DNA from: a virus
Lineage: Duplodnaviria > Caudoviricetes
Reading direction: 5' to 3' (one strand)
IMG/VR virus record: IMGVR_UViG_3300008259_003073
DNA length: 64,000 bases
This document shows, one piece after another, positions 37,680-48,135 of this stretch. Position numbers and translations under genes: made by a program. The notes under the pieces are model-generated. The model did no database searches. It saw nothing but the letters and a program-made list of their open reading frames with translations, and was not told the origin of the DNA. The stretch's first letter is position 1. Every line of letters begins with the position of its first letter.

Positions 37680-38915
37680 TTAGAAATCTAATTTTACTTT
37701 TATAGCTACCTCTTTATCAAATGATTTAGCAATTGGTTTAGAAGTTTTTGCTACTGCTAATAATTCGTTTGCGTCATTATACAAACCAACGGTTGTAATA
37801 TATACATGCGGGTCTCTCTCAAACAAAGGTTGTACAAATGCACCTACTGAACCAGTTACGAATGTAGGATTGTTAGAGAAGTTAAATTCTCTATTGTTTG
37901 CTCTTACAAAGTAATGAGATGTAGAAACATTTTCAGTTCTACGAGCTTGGAAATCAGCTCCTTTCTTCAATGCATCATATAATTTCAATGAACCAGATAC
38001 TGAACCTGATTGATGATATAATGCGGTTGTTGAACCCGCTGCTGCTGATAATTCACCACCAACCGATGCAGAAAGTGCAGTTGGGTTTAATAAGATGATA
38101 CCCATATCAGGATAGAATAAACCGTATCCTTGTTGTGTATATGTATCGGAATACTGTGCAATTGAAGCAGTTAAAGATGTTCCAATGTTTAATGCACCAC
38201 TAACCATATTATAAACTCTACCCGCAGTTGTTACATTTTCACCAGTTCCACCTGAATCATCAATTAAGGTGATATATCCAGCTGAACCTGATAGTGCAAT
38301 TTGTATATTTCCTGGGTCTAATTTTTCTTTATATCTAGCTCTATTAATGTTAAGTACATAGAATGATGATAAATCATGTCCTCCTGCAGTTGAACCAGTA
38401 TAAACACTAAAATATGCATCAGCTGCATCTAACAATACATTCTTAAATTGGTTATAAACCGCAGTTGTTTGTAAATTTGAATCATCATTTTGAGATAATG
38501 TAGGTGTTCCTTTTCCATCTACATCACCATACGCAATTGAGAATTGAACCTCTGCGGAAGTGGATGATGTTGCAAGATTGTATACATCCAAATAGTATTT
38601 ACCACTTACAGAGTTCAACTGTGTCGATGATGTGAAAAAATTAGTTAATGAACCCTCATCACCACTCCATATTCCAGAAGTTACAATTTCTGTTCTGTTG
38701 GTTACCTTATCAATTGCTCCAAATTTCTTATATATACCATTTGTAATGGTGGTTATATCCGAACTAATCTGTTCACCCTGACCTAAAAATTGGTTTACAA
38801 TGCTAACTAATTCATTTGTATCGATAGGAGTACCTGCTACATTTGACTGTCCTGCCAAGTATTGAGCTATATTACTTGCTAAAAGGGCTCCTCTATTGTC
38901 TCTAATTAATGCCAT
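37680..38915 (-). CDS. Putative virion/baseplate structural protein
   Basis: S/T/G-rich; ends ITTVGLYND.NELLAVAK.SKPI.K. Confidence 0.55.
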   Translation of the reverse strand: MALIRDNRGALLASNIAQYLAGQSNVAGTPIDTNELVSIVNQFLGQGEQISSDITTITNGIYKKFGAIDKVTNRTEIVTSGIWSGDEGSLTNFFTSSTQLNSVSGKYYLDVYNLATSSTSAEVQFSIAYGDVDGKGTPTLSQNDDSNLQTTAVYNQFKNVLLDAADAYFSVYTGSTAGGHDLSSFYVLNINRARYKEKLDPGNIQIALSGSAGYITLIDDSGGTGENVTTAGRVYNMVSGALNIGTSLTASIAQYSDTYTQQGYGLFYPDMGIILLNPTALSASVGGELSAAAGSTTALYHQSGSVSGSLKLYDALKKGADFQARRTENVSTSHYFVRANNREFNFSNNPTFVTGSVGAFVQPLFERDPHVYITTVGLYNDANELLAVAKTSKPIAKSFDKEVAIKVKLDF

Positions 38916-38923
38916 AGTTTATT

Positions 38924-39547
38924 TTATTGAACGTAAGTTATCGTTACTGGTATTGTTTGTGAACCACCAGTTTCGTTACCATAAACTGTAATTGTAGTTT
39001 TGATAGTCGAAGTTAATGATGGGTTTGGAATAAATTTAAATGTCAATCCTTTTGCAATTGCCGCAGTTGCAGATACATCATCACCAATAAATACTGGTAC
39101 TGAACCTACATCGGAAGTCACACCTTCACCTACAATATCACCTGCGTTTTTGTTAGAAAGAACAATAGTATATCCTAAACTTCTATTTCCAGCTGGGGAT
39201 GTAGTTGGAGATAATGATACCTCACCACTTCTTTGATTAACCGAAATAGTTGGTATACCGAACTCTACAACAGGAATACGAGTTGTGTTTTTAGGTAATG
39301 TTACTAATTTGTATTTCATTACTTGAGTTTCATCAGGATTAGCTTCCAATACTGGCATACCCTTAATAGCTGCATCATAATATGCAGAACCAAGTGGGTG
39401 TGCTGGTTCGTATAAAGTGTAATCAATCTCATCATCTGCTAACGCAAATTGAGTGATGTTTAATCCTTGACCTGATGCTAATTTTTCTCTACCCTTTTTA
39501 GTAAGAATTGCATCGACAGTTAATTCGCTATTACTTAAATATCCCAT
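38924..39547 (-). CDS. Putative virion structural protein
   Basis: NITQFALADD resembles tail-collar/fibre N-termini; ATATTTATA at 39570-39578. Confidence 0.5.
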   Translation of the reverse strand: MGYLSNSELTVDAILTKKGREKLASGQGLNITQFALADDEIDYTLYEPAHPLGSAYYDAAIKGMPVLEANPDETQVMKYKLVTLPKNTTRIPVVEFGIPTISVNQRSGEVSLSPTTSPAGNRSLGYTIVLSNKNAGDIVGEGVTSDVGSVPVFIGDDVSATAAIAKGLTFKFIPNPSLTSTIKTTITVYGNETGGSQTIPVTITYVQ

Positions 39548-39596
39548 AATATTTTATTATTCTTTTGTTTATAAATATAATAATTTTTAAATTTCG

Positions 39597-42500
39597 TTAT
39601 TCTACTTCCAAAATAGGTTCGGAAGAATCTCTACCAGTCTTATTTACTCTTAATGTATTTGGATTAGATGTAAATGTTTCAATAGGTGAACTTCCATCCA
39701 ATGTAGTTGCCGAAGTATTTTTAGAACCTCTAAAGAAACTATTTTGCAATCCTCTTGTTAAATCGGATGTAAATTTATTATGTGTTGGTAAATAACCATC
39801 TACATTTTTTACTTCTATTATATTACCTTTAACAGTGGGTACGGTAGAACCACTAAATGGTTGTATATTTAATTTTGTTTCAGTATATGTTTCAATATCC
39901 GAAACATAACCACCACGAGGGTCACCCAATCCGTTAGCCGAAGCAGTTATTGCAAATTTCTGTATAATTCTTTCTTTTTCTTCCGTAACCAATTGTACTC
40001 TAACTCTTTCTTTTACTACTCTGTTATCCTTATTAAAATATGTTCTAATTGCGGAGCCACTCTGTGCATAAATACCAAACCCAATTGTTTCAAATTCAGT
40101 TTGTCCTATAATTTGATTTGAATTTGAACTAACAATTTCACTTACAATTGTAGGGTCTCCCAATTCTGCATCTATAGTAATTTCTTTTTGGTAATAATCC
40201 GAATTAAAAACAAAATTAGAATTCATATCAATAGTAGAATCCTGTTGATAGTTTTCGGCCAATAAATTATTTACCGATGCAGTTGAAATTAATGCTTCAT
40301 ACTGATTATTTTCTGCCGTTAAATTTTGTGATATATTGGCATCTATTAATGTTTCTTTTTGAATATCTTCAAATGAAATAACACTAGTATCAGATAATTT
40401 TATTTCAGTTTCTTTCTGATAATCATCTGCAGTAGGTTTTTTGTGAACAACTTTACTTCTTTCTAAAAAGTGTGGTTCTATTAATAGACCAGTGGTTGCT
40501 TTAACCCTTGCAGGTAACATTTTCTTTAAATCTTCAAACATAGATTTCTCATATAGTTTGATTAGATTTATATAAGAATAAATATCTCTATTATCAAATC
40601 TTTGGAAATAATAATTTCTTAAATTATCCAATGATTTGTAATTTGGTTTATAATCATCTGATGGGTCCCCAATATAATTATCGATATTCAATCCACCAAA
40701 AGTTTTGGCAATATCCATATTCAACTCTTTTGTAGGAGAAAAGAATAAACCAACCCTGTTAGAATCGGTTGGAGATTGGTCAAATGCCTTTTTAGTTGCT
40801 CTACTTTTTATTGATAAATCTACACCGACACTTCCGGATATTTTTTGATTAGTTAGAGTATATTGGTCTTCAAATCTAATCTTATTAGTTGAGAACCTAC
40901 TCGCTCCACCATCTGGATATTCCATCACAATCGTTCTATCAATTACTTCAAATTGGAATGGGTATTCACTTACAGATGGAAAACCAATTGCTGATGCGGA
41001 TAATAATGGTGTAAGGTTTACTGAATATAATGAAGCGGTAGTTCCGTTTTCATAATGATTTCTAGTCAAACCATTTTCAAAATAAATGTTAGTATCAACA
41101 TTTATTAACGAAGATGTTTCTGCTAAATTTTTAGGATATTCAAAATCTAAACGGAAATATAAATCATCGGTTGAAGATGAAACACTATTTCCATTAATCA
41201 TTTCAGGGAATGAAACGTGTTCGTAGAATTTTTCAGTATCCAATACTTCAGACCATAAACGAAATTCATCCACACTACCAATATAGTTTCCACCCAATTT
41301 AATCGTAGAACCATTATTCCAATTTGTATAATTAGAAGATGATATTGATTCTTGGAATATAGTTCTTTCTTTATCGGCTTGTCTTACATCTAATTTTAAT
41401 CCAGCGGAACCACTACTTACGGATATACCAAAAAACTTACCATTAAATATTGGTAATGTTGAAGTTTCTATTGATAGTGAACCACTATAATTAAATTTAA
41501 CTTTACCATAATCACTATTTGTAGAACCACTTAAATTTACATTCCAACCACTACCACTTATTAAAGTATATTGGGATGATTCTAATGGTTTTACAAATAA
41601 CTCAATCGTATTTGGTTTAAGACTAGAAGTATTATTTGTTTGTTTCCACTCCATCTCTATTGATGAAGTTAATGTCATATTAAGACCTGTAGTGATATTA
41701 TCTAATACCAACTTACTTTTGGATGTATCACCTACTTCAGGACCTCCAAATTCTAAAATTGAAAGATTAGATGATGGAATTCCATAACATGCCATTAAAG
41801 CATGTATACCTCTTCTAGTACCTTTATGTTTAAGTAAATATGGTAAGTTGTTTACAATTCTTCTCCAAACTTCGTTAGTTCTTTGTTTTGCTGGGTTTGA
41901 TTCCCTATCATTACCTTCTTTATCTTTACCAAACACATAACTCCACAAATCAGCATCTGCTGCTAAATTTTTAGCGTCCCAACTAAATGATTTTAATGTA
42001 TCAAAAAGTAATTTGTCAGAAATACCATCTTTCGATTTATATCCTAATCCCCTACTTTTTTCAATTGATTTGGTATGGAAATAGATATTATCAAAATGAT
42101 GTCCAATCATTGAAAAGAATAATAATAAACTTTCATTTTCATTATTATTAACAATGTATTGAGGTATATTGTTTAATACATAATTTGAATTATTGGCATC
42201 ATATATATTTGCAAGTTCTTCTATATTACTGTACCAATTAGAAACTTCATTAGATGTACTCAATCTTCGAGTCGCTCCGTTATAAGGCCAACTTAAAGAA
42301 GATGATGTGTATAAGAATTTTTCAAATCCATCAAATCCGTTTACTAATTGATTTTTCTTTAATTGTTGTCTTTCTGCTTCCTGTATAGATGGTAACGAAC
42401 CACTATGTGCCTGTGATGCGTTAGCTGCTGCTAAAGCAGTTTCATACACTTCAATGAGTTGAACTTTATAAACAAAATTAGCAATACGTTCATTTGCAGA

Positions 42501-44573
42501 ACTAAAATGAACAAAATTTTCCCATAAATAAGTAGAACCAGATGAGTATTCGATATTTAATTCATCCGTAGTTATTAACGATGAACTTAAATATAGTGAT
42601 ATTAACTCATTAGAAGATGTAGAACTATCTAGTATTATATTATCTAATGATTCATAATTAGTAGATTGTCCTTTTACAAAATCTACATCAATTGTAAAAT
42701 TAGGTCCTTTTATTGGTGGACAACTTACATCATTATTTTCCGTTAATACAACCGTTTCAATTAAAGGATTACTCATTAATTTTGTAATCCAGAATGTTGA
42801 ATTATTCTGTATATTAGCAGGTAATGGTGAATATAATTTTAATATAATTGAATTAACAACATCATTTGGAGCAACAAACGTATTACCTAAATTATCCGTA
42901 GATTTTTTAGATAATGTAAAATCATCGGTTTCCCATGATGAAATTATAATTTGTTCATCGTTTCCAAAATTAGCAAGGTGAGTTAAATACTTACTTTCTT
43001 TTGAAGGTTCATCAATTTTTAATTTTTCAGAAAAAGCATTAAATAAAGCGTTAGTAATTATATCTTCATTTAATGAAAGTGTTGGAAGTGTTAATTTTGT
43101 CAACACTTCGTATTCATTACCAATTAACTCCTCTGCTCCACTTCGATTATATGGTTTTAGTATTAATGTTATATTGTCACTACCAACCCAATTTGGATAA
43201 TTTTCTCTTAATTTTTTAAGATTAATTTTTATAGAACCGTTTGGTGGTTGATTACTTAATAATCCAATTTTACTGCCATCTTTTTGTTTTAACCAAACAT
43301 CAACCGATGAAACTGCAAAAGAGGAATATGAAACTTCATAATCAATGTTAAAATCAGAAAATGATGGTACATCAATTGATTCTGCATATATAACCTCCGT
43401 AATAGCAGGGAAATCATTTATTGCAGTAAATGTTACAATTGCTTCTACTCTAGTGCCTGTTCCGAATTTATTACTGGTTGGAACAAAAAATATCTTTTTA
43501 GAACCGTAAACCTCATTGAAATCTTTTTGAAAGAATAAGGTTACTTCTTTATCTGAAGCTGGAATTTCTAAAACTTTATCAGCTGAAAGATATACTAAAA
43601 CAGAATCTGCAAATTCAGTATTAAATGGAATTGCTATACTTTTTTCTGTATCAGAATCTTTTACGTTAACATTATATTGTATTTGATTTAATACTACTAC
43701 AGGTGCTTCTGATTTAACTTCTTTTTCCGCTTCGATTACAACTCCTAATCCAGAATTTAGTAATGATGCTGGTAATTGGAATGCATAATTTTGTTTTGTT
43801 AATCTATCGTAATTAACTGAATCTGAACCAAATTGTTGAGTAGTTCCTGAATATATGTTTTTAATAAAAATGCCATCGGGTACATTACCTTTAATTTCAA
43901 AATTAACAACAGCACTATCTAAAACATTTTTAGGTATACTTCCAATCTGATTATTAGATAATTGCAATTCTCCATCTACACCTATGTTACCTTCAAATAC
44001 AATTTGATATTTTAAACTTAAAGTAGTTAATTCTTTTATATTTGAATCAAACAAAATTTCATATCCAACCATCGGATTATCAACGGTTACCACATCTGCA
44101 GGAGGTGGAGGTGGAGTTTGTGTTCGTCTTGCTACTTCTGTTTTAAATCTTAAACTTATAGTTCCAAAATTGAAATTTTGAGTTTGTTGTTCTTCCCATA
44201 CATCATCTATTAATGAGTATTCAGTTACACCAATTCCTTCAACTATTTCATTTGCATATTGTAGTTGTTTGGTATTAATTATAAATTTAGATAATACTTT
44301 ACCATTATCTAAATTTGCAGTATAAGTTTTGGGACCATTAAATTGTAAAGATGAATTATATACAATATCAACAGATTTACCATATCCAGTAGATACACCT
44401 TCTTCAAAAAACTCTAAATCATTAGTTTCACTTACTAAATAAATTTTTAAACTAGAGGGAGGACTACTTGGTCTATATGTGGGGGCATTAAAAGGAGCCT
44501 CTCCATTGCTAGATGGGATTCCTGCGTTATTAGTAAAATCAGGATAGGAGTATAGACCGTTTTGTTCTGCCAT
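39597..44573 (-). CDS. Large baseplate wedge-like protein (P2 gpI/T4 gp7-like motif) with LamG domain
   Basis: 1658 aa; LLKHKGTRRGIHALMACYG; LamG YIGSVDEFRLWS. Confidence 0.6.
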   Translation of the reverse strand: MAEQNGLYSYPDFTNNAGIPSSNGEAPFNAPTYRPSSPPSSLKIYLVSETNDLEFFEEGVSTGYGKSVDIVYNSSLQFNGPKTYTANLDNGKVLSKFIINTKQLQYANEIVEGIGVTEYSLIDDVWEEQQTQNFNFGTISLRFKTEVARRTQTPPPPPADVVTVDNPMVGYEILFDSNIKELTTLSLKYQIVFEGNIGVDGELQLSNNQIGSIPKNVLDSAVVNFEIKGNVPDGIFIKNIYSGTTQQFGSDSVNYDRLTKQNYAFQLPASLLNSGLGVVIEAEKEVKSEAPVVVLNQIQYNVNVKDSDTEKSIAIPFNTEFADSVLVYLSADKVLEIPASDKEVTLFFQKDFNEVYGSKKIFFVPTSNKFGTGTRVEAIVTFTAINDFPAITEVIYAESIDVPSFSDFNIDYEVSYSSFAVSSVDVWLKQKDGSKIGLLSNQPPNGSIKINLKKLRENYPNWVGSDNITLILKPYNRSGAEELIGNEYEVLTKLTLPTLSLNEDIITNALFNAFSEKLKIDEPSKESKYLTHLANFGNDEQIIISSWETDDFTLSKKSTDNLGNTFVAPNDVVNSIILKLYSPLPANIQNNSTFWITKLMSNPLIETVVLTENNDVSCPPIKGPNFTIDVDFVKGQSTNYESLDNIILDSSTSSNELISLYLSSSLITTDELNIEYSSGSTYLWENFVHFSSANERIANFVYKVQLIEVYETALAAANASQAHSGSLPSIQEAERQQLKKNQLVNGFDGFEKFLYTSSSLSWPYNGATRRLSTSNEVSNWYSNIEELANIYDANNSNYVLNNIPQYIVNNNENESLLLFFSMIGHHFDNIYFHTKSIEKSRGLGYKSKDGISDKLLFDTLKSFSWDAKNLAADADLWSYVFGKDKEGNDRESNPAKQRTNEVWRRIVNNLPYLLKHKGTRRGIHALMACYGIPSSNLSILEFGGPEVGDTSKSKLVLDNITTGLNMTLTSSIEMEWKQTNNTSSLKPNTIELFVKPLESSQYTLISGSGWNVNLSGSTNSDYGKVKFNYSGSLSIETSTLPIFNGKFFGISVSSGSAGLKLDVRQADKERTIFQESISSSNYTNWNNGSTIKLGGNYIGSVDEFRLWSEVLDTEKFYEHVSFPEMINGNSVSSSTDDLYFRLDFEYPKNLAETSSLINVDTNIYFENGLTRNHYENGTTASLYSVNLTPLLSASAIGFPSVSEYPFQFEVIDRTIVMEYPDGGASRFSTNKIRFEDQYTLTNQKISGSVGVDLSIKSRATKKAFDQSPTDSNRVGLFFSPTKELNMDIAKTFGGLNIDNYIGDPSDDYKPNYKSLDNLRNYYFQRFDNRDIYSYINLIKLYEKSMFEDLKKMLPARVKATTGLLIEPHFLERSKVVHKKPTADDYQKETEIKLSDTSVISFEDIQKETLIDANISQNLTAENNQYEALISTASVNNLLAENYQQDSTIDMNSNFVFNSDYYQKEITIDAELGDPTIVSEIVSSNSNQIIGQTEFETIGFGIYAQSGSAIRTYFNKDNRVVKERVRVQLVTEEKERIIQKFAITASANGLGDPRGGYVSDIETYTETKLNIQPFSGSTVPTVKGNIIEVKNVDGYLPTHNKFTSDLTRGLQNSFFRGSKNTSATTLDGSSPIETFTSNPNTLRVNKTGRDSSEPILEVE

Positions 44574-44606
44574 CGATTACTTTTGTTTTATATAAGTATT
44601 TTAATA

Positions 44607-45911
44607 TTATTTTATTGCCCCACGAGGTCTTTTAGTTGTTACCAATCCAGCTGCTTCATCTCTAAACGAAATTTCACCAGGTGTGAACACATCAACAGTT
44701 CCTTCACCCATTGTTACAGTTTGTTCACCAGTTCCTCCGCCTGTTGTTACAACTGGTGGTTCAAAAACAGGCTCTGGCATTGTTACAGGAGCCTTCTCTT
44801 CTACTACAGGTATTTTCGGAGGAGGTTGTAATGCAGGTGGTTGTGGTGGTATAACTTCAACTGGTGTGGGTGGAGTTACATTTGAGATACCTTCAAATGA
44901 TACTGCTACCAATTCTGGGGAATACACATTTCTTACAATTTCTACTTTAGTATCATAAGCTTCCACTAAATTTTGAATTTCTTTTTTAACTTCTTCTACT
45001 CCAAATTCAATAGGTAACTTTTCATATTTTACAACCCTTCTACTTAATGTTTTTATATTAAATGTTATAGAATTATTTAAAATATTTTTTATTTCATTTA
45101 ATAAATAATTGAAATCATATTGTTCACAATCATCAAATCGTTTCTCCGATGGAGAACCAAATGTAGATTGAGCAATATCATAATTTTTATTGTTTAACCA
45201 ATAATTAACACTATCTCTGAAATCTGTAAATATTTTAGTTTTAAATGCATTAAAGTTACTTAATCCAAAATCTTTTTTAAGAACTGATTGAAAATCATTT
45301 CCAAATTTTGCTGTCAATGCATCATCTATAGATTGTAAAGATGTTCTTTCAAACGAATCCAATCCATCTAATATATTTTTTTTATAGTATTTAAAATCTC
45401 TATTTAGATTGTTTAAGTTTAAAAATTGTTTAGTATTAGTTGCGTTTATTTCAGGACTGTTAGTTTTTAATGGTATAATACGAAGTTCTGCTCTTGATGG
45501 GGATATTTCATGTATCCAAACTCTTTCTAGTTCGTTTTCACTACCAATTCTACTACGAACAAAGTTTATATTAACTTTAAGGATTCCGTTTGTAAATCCT
45601 AAATCATTCAATAATTTTTCAATATTAATAGCAAGTTCTTTTTTACCTAATGTATTAGTAAGTGAATACATATATGAACCTATATTATTTTTTTTTATAT
45701 ATGCTACATTTTTTCCTGATTTTTGGGGTAAGAGTATATTGTTAATATCATATACAGATACTTCCATTACATCATATTTACATTCACCAAATTCGGCTTC
45801 CTCTGTTTGATTTTTAGTAACAATAAATAAATCTTCAGCAACGAGAAATTGTCCTTCATTGGTTGAATTTGAATTTATGCTATCAAAATTTGTATATTTT
45901 CTAATACTCAT
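44607..45911 (-). CDS. Hypothetical virion protein with Pro-rich C-terminus
   Basis: EISPSRAELRI; PPTPVEVIPPQPPALQPPP; in structural operon. Confidence 0.5.
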   Translation of the reverse strand: MSIRKYTNFDSINSNSTNEGQFLVAEDLFIVTKNQTEEAEFGECKYDVMEVSVYDINNILLPQKSGKNVAYIKKNNIGSYMYSLTNTLGKKELAINIEKLLNDLGFTNGILKVNINFVRSRIGSENELERVWIHEISPSRAELRIIPLKTNSPEINATNTKQFLNLNNLNRDFKYYKKNILDGLDSFERTSLQSIDDALTAKFGNDFQSVLKKDFGLSNFNAFKTKIFTDFRDSVNYWLNNKNYDIAQSTFGSPSEKRFDDCEQYDFNYLLNEIKNILNNSITFNIKTLSRRVVKYEKLPIEFGVEEVKKEIQNLVEAYDTKVEIVRNVYSPELVAVSFEGISNVTPPTPVEVIPPQPPALQPPPKIPVVEEKAPVTMPEPVFEPPVVTTGGGTGEQTVTMGEGTVDVFTPGEISFRDEAAGLVTTKRPRGAIK

Positions 45912-45921
45912 AATTTATATA

Positions 45922-47070
45922 TTAATACGAACCCGGATTTGCTTTTACAATATTACATGGGTATTCTTTAAATTCAGTTGTACCATCTTTTTTAGTTGCA
46001 ATAACTTTTATAGTTCCTTTATATTCGGTAGTAGACCCCCAACCAATAAATTTGGATTCGGATTCAGCACTTTTTGGTACTGCGTTAGCTTTTATTTTAA
46101 ATTCTATAGTTTCATTTCCACCACCAGCTAAATCAAAATTATTCTTTGGTATAATTAACCAATTCCAATTGTTTGCCAATTTAACTTGAAATGTTATGTT
46201 TACAGGTTGAGTATCGTTGTTTGTTATAGCCAATTGACCACCTGCTTCCCATTTAGTTGCATTGTAATCTTTTGCATTAATTTTACCAGCTAATCCCTTT
46301 GTTATATCAGTTCTAGTTGTTGCGCCTGACCACTTAATGATTGTGGTTTTAACTAAAATATCACCACCACTTGCTAATGCGGTATTGGATGCAGATTGTT
46401 GTATGGCCTGTTGTTGTTGAACTGCTCCTAATTGAGATTGTAATCCTTCAATTATGGAATTCAACGAATCAATTTGTTTAATTAGGGCTTCAATTTGTGC
46501 TTTAAATCCTGCATTTTGAGATTGTAATGATGCTCTTAAAATGGATTCATCTACTGATTTTTGTACTGCAGATTGTATCTGTGTTGCAAATTGTTCAATC
46601 ACTTTTGATAACGCATCCAACTGATTAGCCAATATATCATTGGTTTGCTCTATTGCTAATCTTTTATTAGTTTCAGATAACACTTGTGATGTTAAAGTGT
46701 TGATTTCAGCATTTAAAACTTCAATATCCGTTGTTAATTTTTGAACCTGTTTTCTTAAATCCGCATTAGTAAGAACTTCAGCGTCGTATAATGGTTTAGG
46801 TACTAAATCAAGATTTACTGTAGGGATATTTGGTTTTAATTCCTTAACTTCAGTATCAATTGCTTTTAAAAGTTCAACATCATCTAATTTAGATTTAACC
46901 AATGGTTTGAATATCAAAGATGATGCGATATTATCTTCACTAACTACGGTTACACCATATTCATTTTTAGAAACAGCAGCAGACCCTGATACTTTTAGAA
47001 TGTTTTCTAAATCAGTGTTTCTTTTTTCTTCTAATTTTAATGCAATTGCTTCTAATGATGTTAATGCCAT
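45922..47070 (-). CDS. Coiled-coil protein with Ig-like C-terminal domain
   Basis: Long heptad Q/L-rich segment then a beta-rich C-terminus. Confidence 0.5.
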   Translation of the reverse strand: MALTSLEAIALKLEEKRNTDLENILKVSGSAAVSKNEYGVTVVSEDNIASSLIFKPLVKSKLDDVELLKAIDTEVKELKPNIPTVNLDLVPKPLYDAEVLTNADLRKQVQKLTTDIEVLNAEINTLTSQVLSETNKRLAIEQTNDILANQLDALSKVIEQFATQIQSAVQKSVDESILRASLQSQNAGFKAQIEALIKQIDSLNSIIEGLQSQLGAVQQQQAIQQSASNTALASGGDILVKTTIIKWSGATTRTDITKGLAGKINAKDYNATKWEAGGQLAITNNDTQPVNITFQVKLANNWNWLIIPKNNFDLAGGGNETIEFKIKANAVPKSAESESKFIGWGSTTEYKGTIKVIATKKDGTTEFKEYPCNIVKANPGSY

Positions 47071-47072
47071 TG

Positions 47073-48134
47073 TTATACTATTTGAAATGTTAATTTATCA
47101 TCAATTATAGTAGATATTTCACCATCAATTATTTTTAATTTTAATCGGTATGTTCTATACAATGGTAATGTATTTAAATCTAAAATAAAATAATTAGATG
47201 TGTTATCACATGAAATTTTAGTGTATTCTCCAAATGGAAATATAACATCGTTTGTGATATAATCTTCTAATTGATAATATGATGTTGTAGGTAAATACTT
47301 TGATTGGTCGTATTCAAATGTTGTTGAAAATGACTTTAAAGGAAACATATCTCTACCTTTAATTCTAATTTTTATTCTACTATCTTTAGTATATTCCGTT
47401 TTTAAATTGGTAATAACTACCTTATAATCATCTTCAGCATAGCCAGTTACTGGTAATAAACTTCCAGTTGCAAAGGATGTGTCATTCCAAACTACCTCTA
47501 ATTTTGGTTCATATATCGTATTGGTTTCTTTAGAAAAGAATTTTAATACACCATAATCTAATGTATTTTCTTCGTTTTCTAATCCATGATGTACGATAAA
47601 CCCATTATTTGGTATAGAACCACTTAACCATCCATTAACTATACCTGTCACATTGATTCTAATATCTGCATCTTCGTAGTTGTAAGATTGAGATGCCTGT
47701 GATGCCGTATACCATGTACCACCTTCCGCATTTGCAGAACCAGTTGTACCCGGTGTAAACACTGCGGTTCCTGCCGTAACATTATCTTGCCAAGTATTAA
47801 CACCATTTCTGTATTTCCAACTTACACCATCTGATGTAATGTTATCGAATTTAGTACCAGTACCCATTGACCAACTCTGTGATATTGCGTTAGCGTGTAT
47901 CGTATATTCTAAAGGAATTTCTTCCGCTTGGGAGGATTTTAGATTTAAATATACAATAGAACCACTTGGGATTCCCATATTAGCTACATCAAATTTTATT
48001 AAAGTTCTAGCTATATCTTTACTAGAACCATAATACAATTTACCAACCTCTAATATCTCATCTCTACCTGCATTTTGGTCTGGTTGTTGTAAGTAAATAC
48101 TGGCATCGAACGATGATGTGAATAATTTATGCAT
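47073..48134 (-). CDS. Virion protein with DNRLRE/CBM96-like domain
   Basis: DASIY..P.QNAG.DEILEVG..RTLIKFD..YLNL. Confidence 0.5.
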   Translation of the reverse strand: MHKLFTSSFDASIYLQQPDQNAGRDEILEVGKLYYGSSKDIARTLIKFDVANMGIPSGSIVYLNLKSSQAEEIPLEYTIHANAISQSWSMGTGTKFDNITSDGVSWKYRNGVNTWQDNVTAGTAVFTPGTTGSANAEGGTWYTASQASQSYNYEDADIRINVTGIVNGWLSGSIPNNGFIVHHGLENEENTLDYGVLKFFSKETNTIYEPKLEVVWNDTSFATGSLLPVTGYAEDDYKVVITNLKTEYTKDSRIKIRIKGRDMFPLKSFSTTFEYDQSKYLPTTSYYQLEDYITNDVIFPFGEYTKISCDNTSNYFILDLNTLPLYRTYRLKLKIIDGEISTIIDDKLTFQIV

Positions 48135-48135
48135 A

